A stretch of 52,371 nucleotides of DNA, filler included, from Porpidia crustulata (taxonomy: Eukaryota), in assembly GCA_964255105.1 (NCBI GenBank). It is 2 parts of 2 records of this genome, joined end to end, with 100 filler letters (N's around TTAATTAATTAA, not from the genome) between each part and the next. Parts side by side here need not be neighbours in the genome. Positions count along the whole stretch, not along the records: positions 1 to 26,142 come from CAXUWE010000039.1; 1 more part is not named here. One strand, written 5' to 3'. Each line of letters begins with the position of its first letter. Positions within the stretch are counted from its first letter, which is position 1. The notes beneath the pieces are model-generated. The model was not told the origin of the DNA. It ran no database searches and saw only the letters and a list, made by a program, of their open reading frames with translations. The position numbers and the translations under genes were made by a program. This document shows, in pieces, positions 1 to 13,170 of the stretch.

Positions 1-1704
1 CCCGCAAGCCGACATTCTTCATAAGATACCACTCCAAAACCGAACCAACACCGCAATACTCATCTTCTACCTTCGTTCGGACAAGGGCTACCAAAGACGT
101 ACAACCTGGGTTGCGATCCTAACAAGAACCCAAAAACTCTCGCCTTTTTCCCCCCCTCCCCCAACACCCCCGAACCCATGAAACCAATCTCAAGGCAAAT
201 GCACCCCCTCCTCTCGTCTCACCCACCACCTTCGCAGCAAAGTCCTGACTTCGGAACATATCAACACCCACATGAGCGTGGGCGTGTACCGCCTCATCAT
301 TACCATCCATCATAATCGTCAGCGTCGCAGTTGTCAAGTGTGTGATGTTCTACTCTCATCACTGATGGCAAGCATGTCGGATTTGCAGCTGTTGGGGAGT
401 TTTTTGTGGGTTGGTTTGTTGCTGATGGATGAGTTGGTTTATGGGTGGTTTGTTCTCGAGTGGACTAGGAACTCCTTTGGCCTGAACAATATCCAATTCT
501 GGACGAGCGCCCGGATTACAGTATTTCCGTTATAATCATCTTTGCAACCGTGTCTCACTATCAGCCCCTTATTAGCTCCGGTACCATCATGAATTAAGAG
601 TACGTCGATAGTCAAACCCAGGTCTTCTCTTTTTGATTTCGTAAGAAAAGCCTGGTTTCACTCCTTGATTACCACTCACTTACGACGTGCCTTTTGATAG
701 CTGCGCTGTCAATTTCCGAAACTCTACGGTGATTCACGAGATTATTAGGGGAGAAGGGTTGATGATGGCGAGGAAGCGGTATCCTCGCAACTGGGTAAAA
801 GCACCCTAACGCCAATGTTTTATGATTCCGCTCTCGAGGATGTGAAGATCATGAGATTGATATTCTAGATAAACTTGCGAACATGAGTTACGAAGTTCTA
901 AGACTCAATTCTGATATCAAGTCTTCGAGACGCAATTTTACACTACGTATGATAGCACACATATTCGAGAATGATAACTCTTTTTAACTACGCTTCGTGT
1001 AAGAATATTCTTAATACTTCGCTTCTCAGAAACGATATACGATGTCAGTCATGAATCAACTGCTGTAAATTTCGAAGACACAGCAATTCAGCATATACTC
1101 ATCCCTTTGCCGTCGAAACAAGTCGAGAGCCAAGACCTTTCAACACGTAGCCAGAGCCAAAGAACGAATCCTTCACAATAAACCACAGATAGAAAATTCG
1201 ATAAAATAGCAAACACAACACCGTTTTTCCTATTCACCTTCCTAACACCCACCCAGTGTCATCCACCCAGTGTCACCCACTCAATCTCATCAATCGCTTC
1301 CGTACTTCATCGAATCTATAACATAAGTCTAACCTGATCAGACAAACACACCTGGTGCATTGAGTAGAACGCGCCAGCCAGTATGGAAATTCATCAATGA
1401 GGAGAGAGTGTCGGTGGAGGGTGGTGTTGGATTGAAGTGTTATAGTCGAGGGAGTTATATATATGTTTTTTTATGGGTTTAAGTCTTTTTGGTTTTTGCA
1501 GCGGTGATAGAAGGAGGAGTGAGGTAGGAATACTCTACAATTGTGCTGGATGTTTTTGAGGACTTTTGACAAATCAGTCTCGAAAGTACAAGTGTGGTAG
1601 ATTCTTTCTGTTTACGGTATACTCGCTCAGCTTCTTCTAGATACTATTGGATACCTTTATAGTTTTTCTATTTTCACCTTTTCTTTGCACCTCATACCTT
1701 GGAC

Positions 1705-4700
1705 ATGGATCCACACAAAAGGTGACATTTGGATATACTAGATGGACCTTCAACTCACCGTCCCACGAATCAAGGAGTTCAGAGATCGACTTCACACCCC
1801 AAAAAGCCAATAGATCCATCTCAGAGACCTTCGATGCATCATCAAAGGATACGAAATATCCAGAGATCTCTGGTTCGAGACTATAATCCATCGTGGCTTC
1901 TAGCTCAGCCAGTGATCGGTAAGTGCAATGACTTTCTTAGTGTTTATATGGGTCTAACGGTTCGCAAAGGTCGAAACCAGATGACGGGCACGCTGAGACG
2001 GGTTTCGGACGTACCAACACGACATTATGTTGTGGATCCAGAGCTATATAATCGTCGTCGAAATAGCCATTATGTACCTATGTCTCAGCCGCCAGACCCA
2101 AGTGCTCAGAATAGCATGGAGCACTACAACATCTATTCAGCAGTCCAGTCACTATGCGACGCCATGAACTCACCAAGGAGGTCGTATAACACAATCGACG
2201 ATGCAGACTTTGTGCAGACTCTTGAGGGTCAAAGTAAGTCAAAATGTCTTTCCAGTTGGGAATTACTGATCCAAAGTCACAGAATATGATTTTAACGATT
2301 CTCAAGTTGCAGGAGGCATTCACTGGGTCCCGGAAGAAGACAACTCACTTGTAAGACGAGAAACTCCTGGCGAAGAATGGATACAGCAGCAACACATGGT
2401 AGAATGGTTCGATCAAGGGACACAATCCAGCTGCAGCACTGGAGGGGTTCGAGGAGATCTATATGAGGAAGCTCCGAGTCTGTCTCTATATGACCGTTCT
2501 TGTGAGCGAAGCCCAGCCGCTCAAGGATGTACTCAGTTACAGTTCCCTGAATCAAAATCTCCCCATGTCGGCATCCCTAATTTTGGCCGGTCTGATTCCA
2601 ATCCAGGAGGCACCCAAGGAATGGAGCACCCGGAATTACAGCAATCAAGACAAGGCCAGAATTGTAAACCATCTATGGTGCGACCAAGTCAATACGAGCA
2701 CCACAATCGGACCGGCGAACTATTCCCCTGAAGTACCACAGGATACATGGAGAGGCAGCTTTGCGTCAGAGTCACGAGATACCCAATCTGAAACGGGCAG
2801 CTCAGGCACGGTCAAAGAAAGCGAGCATGTATCTGTCTCGAGGAAATAACAAGAAGTCGCTCCCATCGGTGAAGTGCACGGCATGGATGCCGAACTGGGA
2901 GTAGGCAACAAGGTCAAGGCCCTCACGAATCGGACAGGCGATTTTTGTGACCGGAATACGTGTCCCTCCTGGCTTTCGAGGAAAGGCAGTGATGACCTAA
3001 AGGATCTTGTCTGGAGTATAATGTCGATAGAGCAGCGAGAGGCTTACTCAACGGAAGGGCTTTCGATGCTAACGGAGATTCAACTACTCGAGCTTAAAGA
3101 GCTAGCGAACGAAAAATACCTAAACCGTGCTGGTATCAATGATCCGGAGCCAGGAGAAAGAAAGAGGCGTCGTGCTGTATATACTGAAGAAATGGTGAGA
3201 GCTAGAGCGGAAGCAGTAGCTCAGCAAAGTTGGCCAAGACGTGAGCAAAAGCGCGAGTACGCTTCTCTCTTCAGCGATGACGAAGAGCAGACTCAGCCCG
3301 TGGCCAACAAGCGACCACGGTCCGACCAGTACTCGCCTTCAAACCAAGAAGTCCCTAGTATGGTTGCTGAGAGCTGCTTTAGACGTGCAAGTGAGCGACT
3401 TAACGCAATCGACGGCGTCTCTGGTGAAAAGCTGGGGTATTCAGAGTTGGAGCATACTGGCCATCAGTACCCGCCATCAGCTTGGCAAGATGTTTTGCCA
3501 GGTGCCAAATCGGGACAATCAGGCAATGGAACACTCAGATCCTATAGGGCTGGCCAGGTTATCAACCTTACCCCTGTGGCAAATCCTGCTGATATTGGAA
3601 GTACGCACAAAGACCCATCAAGCCGTGCAAACGCCTCTCGTATAGGAAACACCTCTTCGCTACCACCTCCACGCAGCTACTCGACTGGTAGCAAGCGACG
3701 CCGCCTGGTATCCGATCTGTCCGTCGAGGAGGATTCCGAGCCAGCAACAAAGCGCCGCGAATTATCTCGGTTTTCTCTAGACGCCAAGGTCCTAGCCCTA
3801 GCATCTGCGTTTGCGACTCTAAGACAGCCACGGAGCCCGGGTCGGCATGTTCGACCCAGCATTGTGTCAGCTCGGGTGCAACGGTCATCCAGAATTCTCC
3901 AGGGCCTATTGGGGCTGACGTCACCTTCGCTTGACAATGGCCACGTTCAACAATCGGGCTTTGACATTGCTGGAAACAATGGGTACATCTCGAAGGCGGA
4001 GAACAATGCCTTTGTCTCTGGCAACTGGGGTGATGAACACAAGCCGTTGTCCAGTAAGCCCAATGTCAAAAAAAAAAAACAAGCCAAGGGGAGCTGAGTT
4101 CAAAATATTCGACGAACTTGAGGATTTTCAAAACGAGCGAAACGCGAAACAAGTACGCACTACTGCCGTCAACATGGAAGTCCCGGATGAGTCGCAAAAG
4201 GAAAATCGTTCTCCTACTCCAGATCTGCCACAGCTCGAGGAATTCTCTGAGCCGCAAAACTTAGCCGTACCCCTTGACCATTCTTCTCCAGAGCTTCCTC
4301 AGCTTGAGGAACCCTCCGAGCAGCAAGACTCCACCACACCTCTTGAAGCTCCAGCGCCCCAAGAAGATACTCCGATAGATAATCCCGCCCCTATCTTCCC
4401 AATGGCGCCAGAAAGCGAGTGGACAGAGCACGTAGCCGTCTGGGAGCTCCTTACCGAACTCAATTCGGCCAAGCACGAAGGAGACAACAAGGAGAACCAA
4501 TCCCTTAGCACCCAGCCCTTCGTCCTCGACTACCGCATCGTGGATCCCGAGACCGAGCACGACAAGATCAACATCGTAGGCGCCTTGTGGTACACCCTCG
4601 CTGTAGCTAAGTCCATGGGGTTCGAAGGATTCGTGCAAACGTCTCCTGAGAAGTGCTACTTTGACCAATACAAGGAGATCCAGGCGGCGTTTGCGAGCGA

Positions 4701-4844
4701 GTGGAAGGTCGCAGACGTTCCGGTGCCGCAGCTGTATCTTTTCGATGCGTGGCACGGTGGTTTGGTAATTGGCCGGCTCTGGAGATTGCGGCTGAGGAGT
4801 TTGATCATTTGGTGTCTGCACTCCCGGAAGGAGCGCCGATTTGA
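1705..4844 (+). pseudogene. Orphan family copy 1 (partial domain A + domain B), disrupted
   Basis: ATG 1705; GT-AG introns 1919-1969 and 2234-2282. The frame can be reconstructed across in-frame TGA 1723, a frameshift in CCCC ~2725, in-frame TAA 2847, a frameshift in the A12 run 4068-4079 and a frameshift near 4760. Contains KALTNRTGDFCDRNTCPSWLSRKGSDDLKDLVWSIM..STEG (domain A tail) and DYRIVDP..ALWYT..KCYFDQYKEIQAAF..W (domain B), which match the neighbouring genes. Confidence 0.7.
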
Positions 4845-6063
4845 CGACATCGGGATTGGGCGCCGGTTTGGGGTTGTCTGTTGGTTTGGTGAGGCGTTTA
4901 GGATGAATTCTACAAAAGCGCTAATGGGTTGCATGAGTCTTGGTTTGTCTTATCTTTTGGGTCTTAAGTCTTGTTCATGGCAGTCTTGTGGATAGGCATT
5001 TGGAAGGCTATTGGCGTAGGGGGGAAAAGGAAAGGCGCATCGGAGTACATCTCTCAATTAGCACATATCTTCCGAATGAAAAAATATACCCGGACTCCAC
5101 TCACCTGTAAACCTGACCAATAAAAGTTCTAGCGTACATGAGTGAATTGACGTGAAAATCTTCACTTCTGCAGTAGTACCCGAGCACTCCCAACCAAACG
5201 CATCTACCCCATTACGCTTTTCATGGTCTCTCCAAAACATGTAAAATGTCTAAATAGATCATAGTAAGAAGTTTCAAAGGTACGCCCGGCAGAAAAAGCT
5301 ACAGTATTTCCAAGTCTATCATAAGCTGCGTAATGGTCGCGATAGAACAGATGGGAAGGAAGTTCCCATCTCAATTTAGAGAATCTTGATGTTGAATTTT
5401 ACGCTGTTTCGTGGGTTCTGGAAAATGTCCTCTCCCAAGTGAAAAAGGGGTTCGAGCCCCTTTGAAGTTATTTCAACGTCGTGGATTCGATCTAGCCTGG
5501 CTGGGCAATCTTGTGTCCATTGAAACCAGCGTAAGAGCTTGCGATTGAAGATGGCCGTCTCTGCTTTTCTCTATGATGATCAAATAATGGGCCTGCCGGG
5601 AGCTTCAGATTCATTGTTTACGCTTTCGCAGGATGAATTCGGTGAGTGGGCCCTAAGTTTGATTGCGAGCAATGGATCCAGGGTGGTCCGTTGCCTTGCA
5701 GAAGATTGTGGAAGGGCTCGAAACAAAGAGGATGAATAGAGAGCCGGGGTCTTACTGAGCGTTGATCCTTCAAAAACTTCTGGAATAGACTGTATCTTTC
5801 TCTAAAATTTCCGTCGTCATGGGTACTAGTGCTGTGATATGGTGTCTAAAATAAAACACCCAACACTGACCAACACATTGTTTTAATTCAACACATCAAT
5901 CTAATGTCTTCCTGAGATTGTACGATAATTTTGCTCGAGCTTGGTCGCGCTGTTTGACCTCGTCGCCGTCGCCAGCTCGTTTCGGAGATCGTCGGAAGTC
6001 GTTCAAAAGATTTTGCTCTGTCGCTGTCGGCATTGCTTGGCCGCAAATTAGTACCAGCACAGG

Positions 6064-8181
6064 ATGAACATTCCAGTCGTGAGACGGCAGCCCGAAACCA
6101 ATGGCTTTCTGGTTAGTCCCTACTCTGAATTCTTCTAAGATGGATGCGATGCAATGCAGCTTCAAGAGTCTAACGACAAGTAGGATACTAAAATCACTGG
6201 CAAAAATGTCTCTAAAAGTAACAAAACTATCAGTAGCAATCACACATCAGACGTAGTCAGCTCGCAAGCGGCGGAAATTTCGGAGAATCATGTATTGTCA
6301 TACAAAGACGATGCAATCAGCCTGCCTGAACCACCAGAGTCAGAAGCTCCAGACGATGCAGGGCACTGGAACGGTAAAGTTGTACTCAACGTGCGAGGCT
6401 CGGCAAGCTCAAATACCTCTACGACAACGGAAGCGTCGTTCGATGTTGGCCGTAGTGATGGTCGAGACAAGGTTAAAGATTCTATTAGCCCAACTTATCA
6501 ACGATCAAATAATCCGAACAATGCTTTTCAGAATCAAAAAGACAGTTCGGAAATACTTGAAGGTACACTGTTCCAGTCAGACGATGATCAGGAGGTCGAT
6601 CTAGACAATCAAAACCTCGCGGCCGCGACAGCTCAAGGACTTGCAAGCATCAGGCAACCGCTTGAATCCCACCATTCTATACAGACGCCCGTGACACAAA
6701 ATGTAGCGCCCCGACGGGGTCCTGAGGTCAAGCCAAAAGGCGAAGTAAGGTTCCATGCTACTGGGATGCAATATCGAGAGTCGGCGAGCATGAGATGGCT
6801 CCCAGCTGTATATCATTACAATCTGAGGTCTAAGTTTATCACACAGTCATTTCGTAAGGGCGAGTACCGGTTTCCAGATCCGGAGGGAGAAGGCTGGGAT
6901 GATAAGACGAGCTTCCTCATGGAGAATAAAGACTGGGGTCCAGCTTGGCACCAACGTCCCGAAATCTTACGACGCTTCGCTCGAACCGACTTGCCCGTCC
7001 CAACGGACGAGCCAGTAACTCTGAATGACTCTGGACGTGTGGTGATTGATCAAGAAAATCATGCTATCGCCGGTTGGAAGGAGCTTCCGCTTTGTATCTC
7101 TAGCAAGGTACCCGGATATAAAATGGAAGCATGGAGGCGTTTGAATCCGAAAATCACTATCTTCGATTTTATGGCTAGGATGCCAAAGTCAGACAGGCCA
7201 ATGACCACCGACAGGAATAAGCTTTCGATGCGGATGACACGTTTCCGACTCAGGGCAGCTTGCATCTCTTGGGTTGAAAGAGAAGGTTGTTGGGAAATTA
7301 AGGAGCACATCTCCAGCCTCATCGGACCCACGTGCGTTGCCGAAAATTCAACAGCTGCCTTCGGGAGAGACCTGACCGACTCTGAAATCCGCCAGGCCAC
7401 CGCGGGTAACAAAGGCAAATTCCCACGACGTCGTCGTAAGAAAAACAAGCTCAGAACTCGAGTGCAAGTCACTGGGCCAGAACAACATTCTCTGGCCATG
7501 GATACCGACAAAGAAGATGACGTAGTGAAAATTGAAGATGAAGGAAAAAACAATGGTTTGGGTGGCCGTGTGCGCAGGCGACAAAAAATGGAGGAATCTG
7601 CGGTCATGGCGGAAGCTCAAGGCGTTGGGGGCTCTCGAGCACCATTTTCTCGTCGACGTAAAAATAAAGCGTCCTCATTTGCAGGTCCGGCTCCGCGTTT
7701 GACAAACACTCTTCGACCACAACAGAACTTGCGTCACTTTGCGCCTCGACACCAAGATCTTCAGGGCCAGGGAAGAACCATCAGCGCCACAACGGAACGC
7801 TCTCCCCAGTCTACTTCCCGCGCCGAACTTTTCCCCGCAATCAATTCTCAGCAGCTCGCATGCGAGGTTCACCAGCAGTTCTCGCTTATTGAAGCCGAAC
7901 ACCAGTATGTTCCAGTACCATCGGATCCCCGATACCTGGAACCTCGCAACATGGCCGAAGCGAGTAGTATACAGCGAGCTTTGGAATATACTCGAAGAGA
8001 TTTCGCGGTGCACTTCGCTGAGGAGGCACCCCTGACAGACACCCGAAAGTGCTACGCATACCAGTACCACGAGCTTCGAGATGCATTCGTTCGCCGTTGG
8101 CCTTATCCTCCTCCCGTTCCGCGACCAGATTTCGTTGAAGATTGGGGCAGCACTGTCATGGAATGGAGGAAATTCGTGTGA
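6064..8181 (+). CDS. Orphan family copy 2 (domain A + domain B), apparently intact
   Basis: ATG 6064. Intron 6112-6183 (GTTAGT...CTAAC...TAG) removes two in-frame stops and joins the frame of the 628-aa ORF 6295-8181. Domain A ~6736-7440, domain B ~7924-8166, low-complexity linker with basic NLS-like runs (RRRRKKNK). Confidence 0.75.
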
Positions 8182-9330
8182 GATTTACAACCGCACACGA
8201 CCAAAGAAGGTAGCTTCTTCAAGTGATGGTTTCGAAGGCTCCCCGCTCATGGATGGAAGTTCGCTTTTGACTTCGACATAGCGCGGAATATTTCAGTTGC
8301 TGGAGTGGATGTATGGTCTTTTTGTATTTCATTCGAGCAGTAGGATTTGTAGAGACAGAAAACGGCGTGGATGTTCAGCGCTTGACACGACTATTCCAGA
8401 GGACAGTTGTAAGAGGAATCTATGTAAAGAGCATGTCAAGCGGTCTCAAGATCTTCGTTCTCGTCCATGAATGTGGTCAGCAAGTACAGAAGGTACTGTT
8501 CAAGGCAATAGAAAAACGAAGGATTAATCACCACGCATTCGTTGTCTCGTTCATTACTTTGACACCCACAACGATTAGGTAGTATGAGCCAAAATCATTG
8601 ATGGGTTTCAATGGGTCACTAACCATTTTGATGGATGAGAATTTCATGCCTGCTAGACCGAGTGTTTGGGTCATCGCCGTCACTCCACACCATCAGTCAA
8701 GATAATTTTGTTAGTATGGTTAGACCGCCATCAAGTTCTGAGCGAGGATATTACGTTGCCGTACTCATTGTAAACTTTTCATCTTAAGTTTTACTAGCTT
8801 GTCCATGCAAACGACGAAGTCATTGTCCCGAGAGATGGCGTACCTAATGTTCAACTTTCATCCTTCATATGCAACACATCCCAACATTTTGCCTACAACA
8901 CGCAGCAACACGTCTGATCTTCAAGGTGATCCAATGTCTTCATGACATCCCAACACATGGATTCACTCAGTATCACAATTGACAATCATCCGGCCATACA
9001 CAACAATGCTCCTAGCACCTCGCATCTCCTCACTCTCTCATATATATGTTATTTTCTTCTGTGTTATATATTCTTGATTACTTCAACGTACCAACATCTT
9101 GATGATATCTTTTTGCGTTGCAACCGCCACAAAAAGTATCACGATCAGACTTTGTCAGAGTACTTAACCATCCCGATTATCTGAATTAAAATTCGAGCTC
9201 GAGCTCTTACTTTCAAGTACCAGACGTCTTCCTTGGGTAATTGGAGCTGGGCCCAACGCGCAGGCCTCGACACAACATTAGCGATAGCTCTCCCAGCATT
9301 GTGGCCGGAGCCATACCACCATCAACGTTC

Positions 9331-12300
9331 ATGAAGGGTCGTGCGGGTAGTGACGTGAGTTAATACATTACGCTTGGATAGAAATATGGAAGAAACTGAC
9401 GGTACTTATCCAGATTTCAAAGAAACGTGGACCTAAAAAAGCGGACACTCTGAGACACCAACAACGGCAAGAGTATACGCCTCCACTGGGATATCATCCT
9501 GCTGAAGGAAACCCCCCGGATTGGGTTGGGGGTCCTACCCTAACAATGGCGGAGATAAACAGAAGTGAGTCCAATACCCTTCTCTCCAAGCAATATGTTG
9601 ACAGTATCTAGATAGAGAGATCGAAAATGACAATGAGTTAGCGCTGCTTCTCGGTGATTACAATCGTGAACATGCCAATGCGGCTCTCCAGAATGTCGAT
9701 CCGCACAATACGGTCATAGACTCCACTCTCGATGTCAATGGCCGGATATCACCTCGATTGGAACGTATACCATCTCCAATCATCGAGGAACAGTTCACGG
9801 CAACTCCAGAAAGCGTTGACCCTGAGAGTAAGTACCAGCGACCCTAGACACATTGCATATACTGACAGATTATAGTGATCAATGTCACGAATTTCCTATC
9901 TCAAGATACGCCCTTGGTGTCGATCACCAATCCATTCGATCCTGCCGGGGGAAGTCATCCAATCTCAGCATCTGGTCTCCGAGATACGGTTACCCAAGAC
10001 TCTTCAATTGGTGGTGTATCTGACCCGCCAAGTTGGACAGACGACAGTGATACTACGTCAACGAAACCCTATCAAGGGACAGCAAGCGAAGACGTTGCAC
10101 ATGAATCACGATTGGCCTCGCAACATCTAGTCGAGCCGATTCTCCCAAAGTTCTCGATTGGTAGTCCTCCCATTATTGAGAGAGAGGCGTCAACGCAAGA
10201 TAGATGGAACAGCATTGCTAATCGGCTTCCAAATGTTCAGGAGCAGGTTCGGCCAAGCCTTCCAAATTTATCTGTGAAGAATACTCAACACTCTTGGCAT
10301 TCAAGCCAAGTACAACAAAGCTCTAGTGTCTCTGCCTTTGAAAATGGGACTGTTCTTGAAAGACGACCGAGTGTCAACTTAAGCCATGGAAAGCATATCA
10401 ACCACCCTGTGCTGAATAGGCCAGTGTCCGCACGCAAACCCTTGCCACAGTCACCAGATTTGCTTTCCCACCCTATCTCAAATCGCATAGTTGAAAGTAC
10501 AGCAGACTATGGTGCACCGAATTCCATACAATACACCTGGAATGTCATTGAGGATCAAAATGGGTGCTTCTCTGATCGAGAACTAATCAAACGCCCAGGC
10601 CAGCTGGACTACGCACAAAGACCGTCTTCACCTATTGAGGGCAATTGGATCGATACGACTTTGTACCCAGTACAACAAGGCCATCGAAATGAAACAGTCC
10701 GGAGCTCCAGACCTCCCGTTCGAAGACGCGGAGGCGCAATCTCTCAAGATCTTCCTTTGCAGAGTGTTGAGGATATCAATGCTAAAGGAGAATCTGACGA
10801 ATCTGACGAATCTTATGAGGAGTTCTCTGAATCCATACTATCAAGGGAAGTGTCAACCCAGACCGAGCATCATACGGGCGCATCAGGCCGATGGCAGCCA
10901 GGAAATGTCTTGAAAGGTCGGACCCGGACAGTACGTGGAGGCTTGGAATACCGTGGGAATAAGGGATGGGGTGAGCCTCTTTCTACTCCTCAGAAGAAAT
11001 AAAAGAGCTAAGTTTTCGTAGAGTCTGCTGTTCGTCTCGACGATATACGAGGTGAGCTTCGTCGATTCAAAGAGAATCAAGGAACTTATGGTGAGTCCGT
11101 CTTTTCTCTAATCACAATTCTTTTGTTAACAAATAGTAGATTATAAACGACCCAGAGGCAAAGGCAAGCACGATGTAACATGCTACCATCAAGCCCACAA
11201 AAGCTGGGGTAAGGAGAGAAACCAGCGACCAGAGGTCCTGTTTCGGCTCGAGCGAGGAAATCATAGCGTGCCGCCGTATAATCCTCCTCCCTGGTATCAC
11301 CGAGATCGGATTGTCCTGGACCTTGACGATAATCCAATCGAGTGCTGGCATGAGATTCCGTTGGTCTGTAGCTCAGACATGGAAGGCTGGGAGCTCGAAG
11401 CTATCACCAGAACCAATACTGCCATATCTCTGAGCGCAATAAGAGCTCGAATGCCATCAAGAATATGGAAAGGCGGAAAGATGCGCGATCTGTACAGCCT
11501 TAACACACTCCGTATGAGAATGAGTCGATTCCGACTGCAGGCAGGCTTAACGGCTTGGAATGAGCGGGAGGGCACTCGTCAGATGAAGGAAGAAATTTCA
11601 AGAATCCTTGGGCAAGAGTGTATCAGAAAGAACTCTACTCGCCCATTTGGAAGAGACCTCACGGCAGCGGAAATGGAGAGAGTCAAAGCCCAGAACAAAG
11701 GTACCGCCCCACAACGCTCGAGGAAGGGGCGATTAGCAAACCATGACGACGAGTTTGATGAAGACTCAGATGGTCGTGCCCATGATCGTGAACGGGACGG
11801 ACTGGATTCGGAATCAGAAGAGGACGTCTCTTCCAAAAATCCCACAAATGCCTATTCGCAAACAAGCCGGAACAGTCCAGCGCGTTTTATACATAGCCAT
11901 ATCGCTAGTGTTCCAGGATTTCTTTCACGTGGCAACATGGACCACAATCTTAAACGTACGCGGCATTGGGTGGCGGAAATCAAAGATGAAGAGTCCGATA
12001 ACGAGGAGCCCGGCTTGCCTGTGAAGCGGCGTTATGTCACACAATCCCGAGTACGGTCGGATCAAACAACAATGTCTACTAGAGGAAAATCGAAGCATGT
12101 ATCCCCGCTTGAAGGTCACGGAATGCCGTGGGCGCATCGAGAGTCCTACGCTCATGCTCCGCCTCCTGGTAGTCAACGTCGAGACACTATCGACCAGCGT
12201 AGAGCCCGGGTGCAAGCAAGGTCTCTTCTGCCCGCACCCGGTTATACTGTCAGGGCACTGGGACGGAACTTTGCGTCCAGCCATTCCAGAAATCAGGGGC

Positions 12301-12839
12301 AACGTGGTAGACTCGTTCAGTCTCTTTTGGATTACTCCGAAGATGAACTCAAGGAAGAGATGAATTCAGTTGCAAATGACGTGCCTTACCAAGCCTCATC
12401 GACGCTGGCAAATATTCAATCCGTAGCTACGCGCCCAACCCTACAAACTTGGACAGATCCAATCCTCCGCAGAGAACCGTCAGGCAATGAGAACTTGGTC
12501 GTACCTTCGCGACAGACAGGGCTGCATCTCTTCAAAGAAGCGAGCTTCAATCAAGTGGACCCAAGTGCACAAGATGACGGAGGTTACAACCCATTTGCTG
12601 TACTATCGGCAAGTGATAGAGTGGAGCAACTGCAAACTGCGACTAACTTGGGTAGACAAATATCAGAGTCTGATCAACTTGATTCTAGTCTTACTAGTGA
12701 TATGTTAGGCGAGGATGTCGATTTATCCGCCTTCCAGGTACCATCAGATACCTTCTTAATGCAGGGTCTTATAGGAGACTCTGTCCCATTAGACGATCAA
12801 TCTCAGTACCAGCAGAGCCAAGGCCTTGATGTCCTCTAA
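9331..12839 (+). CDS. Orphan family copy 3 (domain A; truncated before domain B)
   Basis: Exons 9331-9354, 9414-9564, 9612-9827, 9876-10970, 11022-11090, 11140-12839 all have GT-AG borders and keep frame. The spliced product aligns with copy 2 (SWGKERNQRPEVL / DWGPAWHQRPEIL; RMRMSRFRLQAGLTAWNEREG / SMRMTRFRLRAACISWVEREG; FGRDLT in both). Confidence 0.75.
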
Positions 12840-13170
12840 GGAACAAACACTGGTCTTTGGTCTGACGGAGCTCGAAAGGACAGTTTTGATAATGGAAGTA
12901 GTGATCCGGACTGTGACTTTCGCTGCAAAGAACTATAGAACGCGACGGACGAAGTTGGTATTCAAAGAGGGCTTTCATTTACCCGCCTGGACTATCAAAA
13001 AAGCTTTTTGGTGGCTACACGCCTCCAAAGAACCCAAGTGAGGGATCATACGACTTCCGGTACACATTACTGAAGCGAGAGTTTGACAGAATCTGGCACT
13101 TACAATAAGAGCCACCACCAGCACTGCATTGCTTTGACAATCGATAGCGTTCCTCACTGACTGGCAAGTC
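12840..13170 (+). pseudogene. Decayed domain-B coding tail of copy 3
   Basis: Reading through TAA 12837 gives DFRCKEL*NATDEVGIQRGLSFTRLDYQK, which matches DPRYLEPRNMAEASSIQRALEYTRRDF of copy 2. A frameshift follows in the A run 12997-13002, then further stops at 13106 and 13145. Confidence 0.7.

Noticed and set aside
1..376. Possible minus-strand gene fragment (ORF 119-337, frame continuing past a TAG)
   Set aside because: No recognisable motif, low complexity and truncated by the window edge.
1248..1289. Three degenerate 14-bp tandem units (CCACCCAGTGTCA)
   Set aside because: Ordinary short minisatellite with no unique spacers; not CRISPR-like.
4068..4079. A12 run as a programmed ribosomal frameshift
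   Set aside because: The same gene has four other lesions; decay or homopolymer error is simpler.
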